Assembly: GCA_035533075.1 (NCBI GenBank)
Contig: DATLUO010000088.1
Location: 4,139-68,138, forward strand
Length of the DNA stretch: 64,000 nt
Source: Pirellulales bacterium
GTDB lineage: Bacteria; Planctomycetota; Planctomycetia; Pirellulales; JAICIG01
Direction of reading: 5' to 3'
Each line of letters opens with the position of its first letter. Positions within the stretch are counted from its first letter, which is position 1. A model generated the notes under the pieces. It worked only from the letters and a program-made list of their open reading frames with translations. It made no database searches and was not told the DNA's origin. Positions 1 through 8,531 of the stretch are shown here, in pieces. Position numbers and translations under genes: made by a program.

Positions 1-225
1 ATCGCCGAGCTGGAGCCGACCGCCCGCGGCGCCTATTGCGGGTCGCTGGCGTATCTCGGTTTCGACGGCTCGCTGGACGCCAGCATTCTGATTCGCACCA
101 TCACCGCCGGCCGCGGCTGGTGGCAATTCCCCGTCGGCGGCGGCATCGTGGCCCAGTCGCTGCCGGCGGCGGAGTATGATGAAACGTGGCACAAGGCGGA
201 AGGACTCCTTCGCTCGCTCGAATGA
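1..225 (+). CDS. Anthranilate/aminodeoxychorismate synthase component I, C-terminal fragment (5' end lies outside the window)
   Basis: Frame 1 is open from the window edge to the TGA at 223-225. The translation ...[24 protein letters not shown]...[21 protein letters not shown] looks like the conserved C-terminus of chorismate-binding component I enzymes. The stop overlaps the ATG of the amidotransferase partner (ATGA). Confidence 0.8.
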   Translation: MAELEPTARGAYCGSLAYLGFDGSLDASILIRTITAGRGWWQFPVGGGIVAQSLPAAEYDETWHKAEGLLRSLE

Positions 226-875
226 TTTTGCTGATCGACAACTACGACAGCTTCGTCTACAACCTGGCGCGCTACTTCGAACGTCTCGGTCAGGCCACGC
301 TGGTCGTGCGCAACGATGCCATCGACGTGACGGGCGTGCGCGCCCTGCGGCCCGATGCACTGGTCCTTTCGCCCGGGCCGTGCGCGCCGGAACACGCCGG
401 CGCCTCGCTCGACCTGGTCCGTTCGCTGCACGCGGACTTGCCGGTGCTCGGCGTCTGCCTGGGGCATCAAACGATCGCCGCCGCCCTGGGCGGACGCGTG
501 GTGCGGGCAAGCCAACCGGTCCACGGCCGCGCCTCGCAAGTGTTCCATGCTGGGCGGGGCGTTTTCGCGGGCTTGCCCAATCCGATGTGGGCCTGCCGCT
601 ATCATTCGCTGGTCGTCGAAGAAGCCAGTTTGCCTGGCGAGTTGGAAGTCACTGCCCGCACGCGCGATGGCGTGGTGATGGCGCTGGCACATCGCGAGTT
701 GCCGCTGGTGGGAGTGCAGTTCCACCCGGAGTCGATTTTGACCGAGCACGGCTATGAGCTGTTGGCCGGCTTTTTGCGTACCGCGGGGCTGAATGTCGCC
801 CTCACTCCCACGATGGCCGACGAACGTCCGCCGATGGCACAGCGCACGATGCCCAGCATGCCCGTGACGTTTTAG
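222..875 (+). CDS. Glutamine amidotransferase, component II of anthranilate/aminodeoxychorismate synthase (TrpG/PabA type)
   Basis: Within ORF 186..875. [26 protein letters not shown] (nucleophile Cys) and GVQFHPES are class-I GATase motifs. I prefer the ATG at 222 (ATGA overlap with the upstream stop) over the GTG at 186. Confidence 0.9.
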   Translation: MILLIDNYDSFVYNLARYFERLGQATLVVRNDAIDVTGVRALRPDALVLSPGPCAPEHAGASLDLVRSLHADLPVLGVCLGHQTIAAALGGRVVRASQPVHGRASQVFHAGRGVFAGLPNPMWACRYHSLVVEEASLPGELEVTARTRDGVVMALAHRELPLVGVQFHPESILTEHGYELLAGFLRTAGLNVALTPTMADERPPMAQRTMPSMPVTF

Positions 876-1606
876 AAAGCCGCTGGGGATGCATCCCTCA
901 GATGAAAATCCACAACCACCGGCAAATGATCGCTGGCCCTGCGAGCCAGCGAATTCGATACGACGCGGGCGTGAAGCACGGTGATGCCGCCGCGGTGGAA
1001 CGCCTTATCGAGCGCACCCAGCGCCAGCCAGGCTGGAAAGGTGCGGAACCGCGAAGGCGGCGCCGTGCTGGTTTGAAAGCCGTGTTCGGCAAAAGGGCCG
1101 TGCGCCAGGGTGTTGCGCCAGTCGTTGGTGTCGCCGGCGATCAGCGTCGGCAGATGGGCTGATGCGGCAAACAACGGGTGCGCGAGCAGGTGGCCGACTT
1201 GCCAATGGCGTTCGGCTTCGGCCAGCCCCAAGTGGCAATTGACGACGTGCAGCGGACCTTCGGGCGACTCGATGACCACCAGTTGCGCGCCGCGCGGCTT
1301 GCGTTCTCCCCAGCGCAGCGAGATTTGATGGTGCCCGGCGAGTGGCCAGCGGGAGAGAACGAGATTGCCGTAACCTCCGAACCCGCGGCGAAAATTGCGC
1401 TGATAGAGAAAACCGACGGCGTGAAAGTATTCGATCAGCAGCTTGGCTTGATCGTCGGACCGCGAGCGGCGCGCGTGCTGGCCCACCTCCTGCAGGCACA
1501 TGAGGTCGGGGTTTTCCAGTTCGATCACCTCGATCACCCGGTCAAGTCGGTATCGCCGGTCACGGCCGCCGATGCCCTTGTGGATGTTGTAGCTCAGCAA
1601 ACGCAT
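872..1606 (-). CDS. Endonuclease/exonuclease/phosphatase (EEP) family protein
   Basis: ORF 872..1606. MRLLSYNIHKG..., LMCLQEV, IAGDTNDW and ASDHLPVVVDF are the catalytic motifs of the EEP fold. Confidence 0.85.
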   Translation of the reverse strand: MRLLSYNIHKGIGGRDRRYRLDRVIEVIELENPDLMCLQEVGQHARRSRSDDQAKLLIEYFHAVGFLYQRNFRRGFGGYGNLVLSRWPLAGHHQISLRWGERKPRGAQLVVIESPEGPLHVVNCHLGLAEAERHWQVGHLLAHPLFAASAHLPTLIAGDTNDWRNTLAHGPFAEHGFQTSTAPPSRFRTFPAWLALGALDKAFHRGGITVLHARVVSNSLARRASDHLPVVVDFHLRDASPAAF

Positions 1607-1760
1607 CGATCAGGAACATCGGAAATGTGCGTGACAGTCATGGGCGATTCGAATATCGTGTTGGCTGGCATCAATTGAAAGAGAGGTTCCGGTCCACTGC
1701 AAGGGCCTTGCCCTTGCTGGCGCGTTTCTTGTCGGTTAGTTTGGGTTTGGCAAGGCACAA

Positions 1761-1833
<73 letters not shown>

Positions 1834-2508
1834 CTTCGTTTTTGCCTCAAGAACCCCTGAAAAACGCCGTGTCTTCTTGGGTTTCTGGCATCGCCGGAGT
1901 GCGATCGCGTTGGTGGGGTTCGCTGCCAGTTTTTCACCCAAAACGCCAAGGGCCCGGAGCAAGACACCCACACTTGTCGCAAAGCGACTCGCGGGGAGAT
2001 TAAACGCGGCAGGACGAAGGCCGAACGGCGCAGGCGTGTTAAGCTGTTCATTTCGGCATGAAAATGGCTGCAATAACCGGCTGGCTGTCGTATCGGCCAA
2101 TTAGGCAGCCCGACGGCTGACGGGGCGGGCAGCGCCGAGCGCGCCGCCCAGGCTCTTTGAAAAGTTGGTTGTGGTCCGTGGTCCGTGGCGAGTTGGCCAC
2201 CTTCGAATCGGAGGTCGATTTCGTCGGCTGGCGTTTTCGAGCATAGCCAACGTCCCTTGCACGGCTGCTACGTCTTTCTCCCGGCATTTTTCGAAGGCTG
2301 CCAAGTGAGTTCGAAGGCTGCCAACCTTTGCAAAAGTCGGTGTTCACCGCTCTGCTTCGTTTGGCACGAATTGGCCATCTTCGCAATGCCCTGAAGGCGC
2401 GGTTGTAGAAACGGATGTCGCCGCATTCCGTCGTGGAATCGCAAAAGCTTTGGCGACAAGGGTTTGCGACTTATCCGTTGGAGGGGTGTCATCCGTGATC
2501 CTGCTCAC

Positions 2509-3040
2509 TTTGGCTGCGCGCAGCCAAACTGCCTGCGGCCCGTTCGTCTCCGGCGACACGTGCCAAAGCGACACGCGTGTCGCATGGGCCATGGGCGCGG
2601 AGTAAACGGTTTTCCCCTCGCGGAGCGAAAGGGCTACGGTCGGCAAATGGGCCGCGCGCGGCGCAACTCAGGGCGGCCCGTTCGTCTCCGGCGGCACGTG
2701 CCGAGGCGACACGCGTGTCGCATGGTCGCGAGGTGAACGGCTTTCCTCTCGCGGAGCGAAAGGGCCACGGTCGGCAGTTTTGGCTGCGCGCTGCCAAAGT
2801 GCCTGCGATCCGTTCGTCTCCGGCGGCACGTGCCGAGGCGACACGCGCGTCGCACGGGCGCGGAGTAAACGGCTTCCTCTCGCGGAGCGAAAGGGCTACG
2901 GTCCGCAGTTTGGCTGCGCGCAGCCAAACTGCCTGCGGCCCGTTCGTCTCCGGCGGCACTTGCCAAAGCGACACGCGTGTCGCATGGTCGCGAGGTGAAC
3001 GGCTTTCCTCTCGCGGAGCGAAAGGGCCACGGTCGGCAAA
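2509..3040. repeat. Tandem array of four ~133-bp units, non-coding
   Basis: The core CGTTCGTCTCCGGCG(A/G)CAC(G/T)TGCC(A/G)A(A/G)GCGACACGCG(T/C)GTCGCA recurs at about 2541, 2678, 2811 and 2941. Each unit also carries the palindromes GGCTGCGCGCAGCC and GCGACACGCGTGTCGC, and the hairpin-like CCTCTCGCGGAGCGAAAGGG. Confidence 0.9.
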
Positions 3041-3233
3041 GACCCCCATCAACTTGCGCCTGACGCTTGGCAAAAGGATTACTTCCAGGGCCGCGATTCC
3101 CAAGGCCGGCCGGCCCCGGCGCACACGACTAAGATTCAGCCGCCGAGAATCGATCGCAACGTCCTGGGCGAGCGAACTGGAATCGGGCGAGCCGGGGAAA
3201 TGACGGCGCGAGGTCGCGCGGGACCGCGGATGC

Positions 3234-3743
3234 TCAGCCCGGACGGTATGGCGTCCACCGGACGCCGTTGAAATACGACCATTGATGGTCGCTGGTCCAA
3301 TACCACCAGCGACCCTGGAAGAAGCGATATCGCCAGCGGTTTTCGGGCCGTCCGCCGCTGGGCGCAGCCGCGGCGCGACTCACGCCGCCCGCAGGAGCCT
3401 CGCGACGCGCCGCCGGCTGCTTCCGCCCCTCAACGCCTTGCGGAAAGATCGCGCGACCGGTGTAGCGGCCGTAATTGGTGCCTTCGATGTCCCGCAGCAA
3501 TGTCTCGGCGGGGTTTTCCTCGCGCGCCTGCCCCGGTACGCTCGGGCCGCGGCCCAAACCGATGCCGCCGCGCGACGACCTGTAAGTTCCGTTTTCCCTC
3601 GACATGTCGTAAGGCATTGTGGGATTGGGGTCGAGCGATTCAACTTGTGCCAGAGCGAGGCCCGCCGGGCACAACGCCGCCGAAGTCGCGAAAAGGACCG
3701 CCAGCATTCGTCTCTGAAGAAAACTGCGTCTCATGGCTTTCAT
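3234..3743 (-). CDS. Hypothetical secreted protein with a Trp/Arg-rich C-terminus
   Basis: ORF 3234..3743. The signal-peptide-like N-terminus is MLAVLFATSAALCPAGLALAQ. GGAGGA lies upstream of the ATG. The C-terminus RWRYRFFQGRWWYWTSDHQWSYFNGVRWTPY matches no family I recognise. Confidence 0.6.
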   Translation of the reverse strand: MKAMRRSFLQRRMLAVLFATSAALCPAGLALAQVESLDPNPTMPYDMSRENGTYRSSRGGIGLGRGPSVPGQAREENPAETLLRDIEGTNYGRYTGRAIFPQGVEGRKQPAARREAPAGGVSRAAAAPSGGRPENRWRYRFFQGRWWYWTSDHQWSYFNGVRWTPYRPG

Positions 3744-3779
3744 CCTCCAGTTGAATTATACGCGAGCCCGTTCCCGAGT

Positions 3780-5162
3780 TTACGGTGCGTGCAAATCATA
3801 CTGCCGGATTTTGTCGAAGAGCTGCCGCCGGCTAATGCCGAGTTGACTGGCGGCCTTGGTGCGATTCCAGTTCGTTTGTTCCAGAGCCTGAGCGATGACG
3901 CGCCGCTCGGTGTCGGCCAGTATCTCTTTTAACTGCAAGCCACGCACGCGCTCCGTGGGAGGCCCACTCGACGCAACCGGCTGCCGGGCGGTGGGTGCCA
4001 ACTGGTCGGGCAAAATCAGCCGGCCGCGGCTCAGTGCGGCGGCGCGGGCCAACACGTTTTGCAACTCGCGCACGTTGCCCTGCCAAGGCTGCTGCCTGAG
4101 AAACTCCATCGCTTCCGCTGACAGCGCCAAATGAGGCCAGTGATACTTCTCGGCCAAACGCGCCACGACCCGCTGCGCGATCAGCGGAATGTCTGGCCGC
4201 CGCTCGCGCAACGGCGGCAGTTGGATCGTGACCACGTTCAACCGATACCACAGATCCTCGCGGAACTTACCCTCGGCGATCATCGCCGGCAGATCGCGGT
4301 TCGTGGCCGAGATGATCCGCACGTCCGTGGCGACCGTTTCATTGCCACCCACACGCTCGAAGCGCCCCGTCTGCACCACCCGCAGCAGCTTGGCCTGCAG
4401 GTCGACGTCCATGTCGCCGATTTCGTCCAAGAACAGCGTGCCGCCGTGCGCCTGCTCGAACCGCCCGATGCGCTGGACCACCGCCCCGGTGAACGCGCCT
4501 CGCTCATGGCCAAACAACTCGCTTTCCAGCAACGTCGGACTGATCGCCGCGCAATTCACCTTGAGGAAGCGGTTGGCGGCACGATCGGAGTTGGCGTGAA
4601 TGGCGTTGGCCACCAGCTCTTTGCCCGTGCCGCTTTCGCCGACGATCAGCACCGCCTCGTGCGTCGCGGTCACGCGGCCAATCGTTTTGAACACCTCCAG
4701 CATGGCGGGCGTGCGGCCGACCAGCTCTTCCTCGGCGATCTCGACGTCGCTCTCGCCGCGTTCGATCTCCAGGCTGCGGACCTGGGCCACGAGGGCCTGT
4801 TGCGTCAGTGCCCGGCGCACCGTGAACAGCACCTCGTCGAGATCGAACGGCTTGGTGATGTAATCGAAGGCGCCCAATTTCATCGCCTCGATCGCCTCGC
4901 GGCTTCCGCCGAAGGCCGTGATGACAATCACCGGCGTTTCTTCCAGATCGTCCTGGCACTCGCGCAACACGCCCAGCCCGTCGAGTTCCGGCATTTTGAG
5001 GTCGAGAAGCACCAGGTTGATGCCGGAGTGCGAAAGCATCTCTGCGACTTGCCGCCCGTTCTCCGCTTCACGGACCTGAAAGCCTTCCGTCGACAACAGC
5101 AGCGCGAGGTTGCCCCGGATCGTGGCGTCGTCGTCGGCGACTAGGATGATGGGTTTAGTCAA
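3780..5162 (-). CDS. Sigma-54-dependent response regulator (NtrC/Fis family)
   Basis: REC domain (ILVADDD...DLKMPELDG), AAA+ sigma54-interaction domain (GESGTGKE, ESELFGHERGAFTGA) and C-terminal Fis-type HTH (NRTKAASQLGISRRQLFDKI). The start appears to be the TTG at 5162. Confidence 0.92.
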   Translation of the reverse strand: MTKPIILVADDDATIRGNLALLLSTEGFQVREAENGRQVAEMLSHSGINLVLLDLKMPELDGLGVLRECQDDLEETPVIVITAFGGSREAIEAMKLGAFDYITKPFDLDEVLFTVRRALTQQALVAQVRSLEIERGESDVEIAEEELVGRTPAMLEVFKTIGRVTATHEAVLIVGESGTGKELVANAIHANSDRAANRFLKVNCAAISPTLLESELFGHERGAFTGAVVQRIGRFEQAHGGTLFLDEIGDMDVDLQAKLLRVVQTGRFERVGGNETVATDVRIISATNRDLPAMIAEGKFREDLWYRLNVVTIQLPPLRERRPDIPLIAQRVVARLAEKYHWPHLALSAEAMEFLRQQPWQGNVRELQNVLARAAALSRGRLILPDQLAPTARQPVASSGPPTERVRGLQLKEILADTERRVIAQALEQTNWNRTKAASQLGISRRQLFDKIRQYDLHAP

Positions 5163-5166
5163 GGGA

Positions 5167-5291
5167 GGGTTCAGGGTTCAGGGTTCAGGGTTCAGGGTTC
5201 AGGGTTCAGAGCGGATTGGGGATTACGGTTCAGGCGTTGGGCAATTCGCAATTCGCAATTTGCAATTTGCAATTTCCTGAACCCTGAACCC
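5167..5291. repeat. Heptanucleotide microsatellite block that fills the kinase-regulator spacer
   Basis: 6 x GGGTTCA (5167-5208), 5 x GCAATT(C/T) (5241-5275) and 2 x TGAACCC (5278-5291). TGAACCC is the reverse complement of the first repeat. Confidence 0.95.
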
Positions 5292-6680
5292 TCAACGTGG
5301 CAACTCAATGCGAAACCGTGCGCCGGCTTGGGAGTCGATGTACTCTATCGTACCCTCGTGCTGTACAATAATCTCTCGGCACAGAGCCAAGCCCAGCCCC
5401 GTGCCGTCGGGTCTCGTGGTGAAAAACGGCTCAAACAAGTGAGACCGCACTTCTGGCGGAATCCCCGGCCCATTATCGGCAAAGTCGATCGCCACGCACG
5501 CTCCCGTCTCACCTCGCCGGGCAGAAACTTGCAATTGTCCGCCGTCGGGCATCGCTTGCAAGGCGTTCCTCGTAAGGTTTGCGAACACCTGCCGCAGTGC
5601 CGCAGGCGAGGCCGGAATTGTTCCAACGTCGTCGCTCAGGTCGGCCTTCAACGCCACCTGCTGCGAGTTGGCTTGGGCCGCGAACAACTCCAAAGTTTCG
5701 CGCAGCAAGAGGTTTACATCCACCGGCTCCCGTTGCGTGCCATCGGCCCGCGAAAAATAAAGGAGCTGGCTCACGGTGTCGTTTAAGCGATCGACGGCGC
5801 CAATCACCGCTTCCAGCGATTCCGGCGTGCGCGACCGGTCGGGCAACCGCTGCCAAAGTTGCACCGTCGAACGAATGGCCGCCAACGGGTTGCGAACTTC
5901 GTGGGCCACGCCGGCCAACAGCGTGCCCAGCGACGCCAGCCGTTCCGAGCGCCGCAATTCGTCACGCAGCCGGGCCTGCTCCCGCTGCTGCCGTTTCAGG
6001 TTTCTGGCCAGCCCCGCCATCAGCAGCATGGCGAGAAAAAGTCCGCCAAGTGCCAGGCCGCTCGATGCGCGATACCGTTGCACCTGGCGATCGAGCGATC
6101 GGGGATCGACCAGGCGGTACATGAGCCAGGTGGCTGCCGGCGCCGGCCGCCGGCCGCCGATCGGCTCCGTCAGAATCATCACGCGGCTGGGACCGATGTC
6201 GTGGATCGAGATCGATTCTTCTCCCGCAGGCAACGACAGGCTTTGGCGGGCCTGAATGCGTATATACGGCTCTTCCAGCGGCGGCGGTTCATCTCGCTTC
6301 TGCCGCCGCGGCGGTCGCGGACGACCGGTGGGAAAGGCATAACCGCTGAAGCGATCGCCCTTGCCATTCAGATAAAAGCCTCCTTCCACTCCATCGAAAT
6401 CTCTCAAGACGCGTTCGGCGATCTCGCTTAACGTTCGCCCCTGCAACTCCAGATCCTTGGTCTTTTTGGGTTTGGAACGGTCGACGAGCGTCGTAGCGGC
6501 TGCCGCCATGCGCGAGCTCGCCTGTCGCAGACGCTCTTGCGTCGAACGTTCGATTTCGCGCGTCGGCCGGACCGTCCAAGCGCCGTAGGCCAACGTGAAG
6601 ACCGAGGCAAGAAAGAGCAAGCCAACCAAGGCCGCGTGCAACCACACCGGGAGACGCAAGTTGGCGAGCTTTGGAACCAT
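5292..6680 (-). CDS. Sensor histidine kinase with two TM segments and a periplasmic loop
   Basis: H-box HEVRNPLAAIRS, N-box LTRNALQAM, DNGPGI and GTGLGLAL. The longest ORF (to 6725) begins inside a REP element (MDRRSQARWSHPT), so I prefer the ATG at 6680 (MVPKLANLRLPVWL...). Confidence 0.9.
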   Translation of the reverse strand: MVPKLANLRLPVWLHAALVGLLFLASVFTLAYGAWTVRPTREIERSTQERLRQASSRMAAAATTLVDRSKPKKTKDLELQGRTLSEIAERVLRDFDGVEGGFYLNGKGDRFSGYAFPTGRPRPPRRQKRDEPPPLEEPYIRIQARQSLSLPAGEESISIHDIGPSRVMILTEPIGGRRPAPAATWLMYRLVDPRSLDRQVQRYRASSGLALGGLFLAMLLMAGLARNLKRQQREQARLRDELRRSERLASLGTLLAGVAHEVRNPLAAIRSTVQLWQRLPDRSRTPESLEAVIGAVDRLNDTVSQLLYFSRADGTQREPVDVNLLLRETLELFAAQANSQQVALKADLSDDVGTIPASPAALRQVFANLTRNALQAMPDGGQLQVSARRGETGACVAIDFADNGPGIPPEVRSHLFEPFFTTRPDGTGLGLALCREIIVQHEGTIEYIDSQAGARFRIELPR

Positions 6681-6687
6681 GACAGTT

Positions 6688-6870
6688 GTAGGGTGGGACC
6701 AGCGAGCTTGCGAGCGCCGGTCCACCGCGTTGGAGAGAGGGACGGAGAGAGGGAGCGATGCAGCGAGAGACGTCGGCTCGCACTCGGAGTTCTCTCCCTC
6801 TCTCTTTCTCTCCGTCTCTCCTTCGTTGACCGCGGGCCGGCGCTCGCAAGCTCGCTCGCTCCCACCCTAC
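6688..6870. repeat. Composite inverted repeat: two REP-type-1 arms (6688-6727 and 6832-6870) around a GA-rich/CT-rich inverted core
   Basis: GTAGGGTGGGACCAGCGAGCTTGCGAGCGCCGG... faces ...CCGGCGCTCGCAAGCTCGCTCGCTCCCACCCTAC. The core has GGAGAGAGGGACGGAGAGAGGG opposite CTCTCCCTCTCTCTTTCTCTCCGTCTCTCC. Confidence 0.9.
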
Positions 6871-6894
6871 GCCTGGGCCTTGCGCCAGCTCATC

Positions 6895-7722
6895 CTATCT
6901 TTCCTGCTCCAGACGTTCAATCTCGCGCTGCAAACGTTCGGCTTCTTCCTTGAGCTGACGGATGCGCTCGGAGCGGCTGGCAGCCTCGCCTTGACCGCCA
7001 CGCCGGGCTTCCCGCGGTGGCGGCGGAGCGCGGTCATCGTTTTCGGCCGACCTGTTGGTCCGCAAGTTGGTGAGCGACTGCACCTCGAAACGCTCCTCCC
7101 CCCGCTTGCCCGTCTCTTCGAAGCCGACTGCCTTGACCCGGTCGCCCTCGGCGATGAGGTTGGCGAAGCGGCCTTCCAGGTGAGGCGGCCAATGCAGCAC
7201 CGTTCCGCTGTCGAGCACCGCGCCGTCAGTCTCGCCCCTGGGCGCCGTGGTCATCCGTTCGACGGTGGCCTCGACCGTTCTCGCCGGGCCGCGATGTCGC
7301 GGCGGCGGCGGAGGCCCTTTGCCCTTTTTTCCACGAGGTCCGCGGCCATCATTCTCGGCAGTGGCCCTGGTGTCCGTATTCGTGAGCGTATTCACTTCCA
7401 GGCGGCGTTCGCCTTCGCGATTGATCTCGTTCCACCCCACGACCCTCACTCGGCTCCCCTTCCGCACCACATCGGTGAAGCGGTTCTCCAGGTGCGGCGG
7501 CCAGTGGAGCACCGTTCCATCGTCCAGCACCGCCCCGTCGGTCTCGCCGCGCGGGGCGGTGGTCATCGATTTCACCGTTCCCTCGACCGTCGTCGTTTCC
7601 GATCGTTCCGGCCGCGGCTTGGCAGTCGCTTCACCACAAACAACCGCCAGTGTCGCGGCCGCGGTCGCCAATGCCGCGGCGATGGAACTCTTGGGAACAA
7701 ATTGCCACTTCGAGCGTTGCAT
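6895..7722 (-). CDS. Hypothetical secreted protein with an internal ~100-aa duplication and a C-terminal coiled coil
   Basis: ORF 6895..7722 with a signal-like N-terminus. Two repeats share TVE.TV..MTTAPRGETDGAVLD.GTVLHWPPHLE.RF. The tail is IRQLKEEAERLQREIERLEQER. It lies directly upstream of the kinase/regulator pair on the same strand. Confidence 0.7.
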   Translation of the reverse strand: MQRSKWQFVPKSSIAAALATAAATLAVVCGEATAKPRPERSETTTVEGTVKSMTTAPRGETDGAVLDDGTVLHWPPHLENRFTDVVRKGSRVRVVGWNEINREGERRLEVNTLTNTDTRATAENDGRGPRGKKGKGPPPPPRHRGPARTVEATVERMTTAPRGETDGAVLDSGTVLHWPPHLEGRFANLIAEGDRVKAVGFEETGKRGEERFEVQSLTNLRTNRSAENDDRAPPPPREARRGGQGEAASRSERIRQLKEEAERLQREIERLEQER

Positions 7723-7838
7723 GTCATCCTCCTAAAAGGCCCTTCGCCGGCAGGTATCTTTCGCGGCCGGCGACAGGCAAGTTCGAGAAACGGTTTTCTC
7801 GTCAGGATCACATTCCCGACGAACTTCGGCCTCTGCTT

Positions 7839-7856
7839 AGGCTAACCGCGTGCCGT
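7839..7856 (-). promoter_or_regulatory. Candidate sigma-54 (-24/-12) promoter
   Basis: The minus strand reads caCGGCACGcggtTAGCc. The GG-N10-GC spacing is correct, the -24 element GGCACG is perfect, and the -12 element is TAGC instead of TTGC. It lies about 120 nt upstream of the ATG at 7722. Confidence 0.35.
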
Positions 7857-8531
7857 GTCATCGGCCAGCCGCGGAGAAGAGCAAAGAACGATCGTGGCCG
7901 AGCAACCGCCGTGTCACTAAACCCGGACTGCGATGCGGGATGGGTGGCAAAACCCGGCGTGCCGGTGCCCATCGGTTTCCGTCGTAGGCAAGCATGGCCA
8001 AGCATGCGTCGCTCACGGCAACGGGCAAGAAGCTCCCGGTCCGGCGGGGAACTTTTGCCCAAGCCTCACCTCGTGCGGTATTCGGCAACCGTCCGAAGCG
8101 TTCGATGGACGCTTGACAGACTGCATTCCCCGCTAGGCTACGGAAACAACGCCGGCTACGCCGTCTTGCGCTGCGTGCTTGCCAACAATCCGGTAATTGT
8201 TTTTCCGCAAGGCTAAATCGCCGTCGGTAAGGCGGCCAGATCGCCGGCCGTTCGGCTGCTGAAAACAGATCGTGCGGCCAAGATGAGCACGAGAGCGGCA
8301 CTTCGTGACGAGTCGGGGCAGCACGACGCTCAAGCGTCGCGCCGGGTCTTTGGCAACTTGGTTATGAATGCGTTCCGCGCCGTTTGCAGCGATGGGGAGG
8401 ATTGCATCCCATTTTCCGATTTCGCAGAGTTTGACGAAAGTTTCGTGTCTAGCGATTCCGATAGGTTGGCTGTCTATGAAACGCCGGCGCTTCCAGCCGC
8501 GGCGTTTGACGGTCCACCTGAGGAGTTGCTG

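Noticed and set aside
1834-2508. Integrated element at the tRNA-Lys 3' end
   Set aside because: I find no integrase gene, no duplicated copy of the tRNA 3' end and no convincing ORF in the 1.4-kb downstream tract. Only a short direct repeat is present (TTCGAAGGCTGCCAA at about 2290 and 2311).
2509-3040. Possible CRISPR array, because a ~45-nt motif recurs regularly
   Set aside because: The sequence between the motifs is itself repeated at 85-95% identity, so there are no unique spacers. The period (~133 bp) is too long, and no cas genes are nearby. It is a tandem repeat, not a CRISPR array.
3787-3807. Sigma-54-like sequence CGGCAG-tatgat-TTGCA upstream of the 3234..3743 gene
   Set aside because: The GG-to-GC spacing is 11 nt instead of the strictly required 10, and the site lies inside the last codons of the regulator gene. 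A TATAAT at about 3757-3762 (minus strand) is a more likely promoter element, but it has no clear -35.
8113-8141. Perfect -35 hexamer TTGACA in the 7723-8531 intergenic region
   Set aside because: There is no acceptable -10 element at 15-18 nt; the best candidate is TAGGCT (3 of 6). It is also about 400 nt from the nearest start. Not reported as a promoter.
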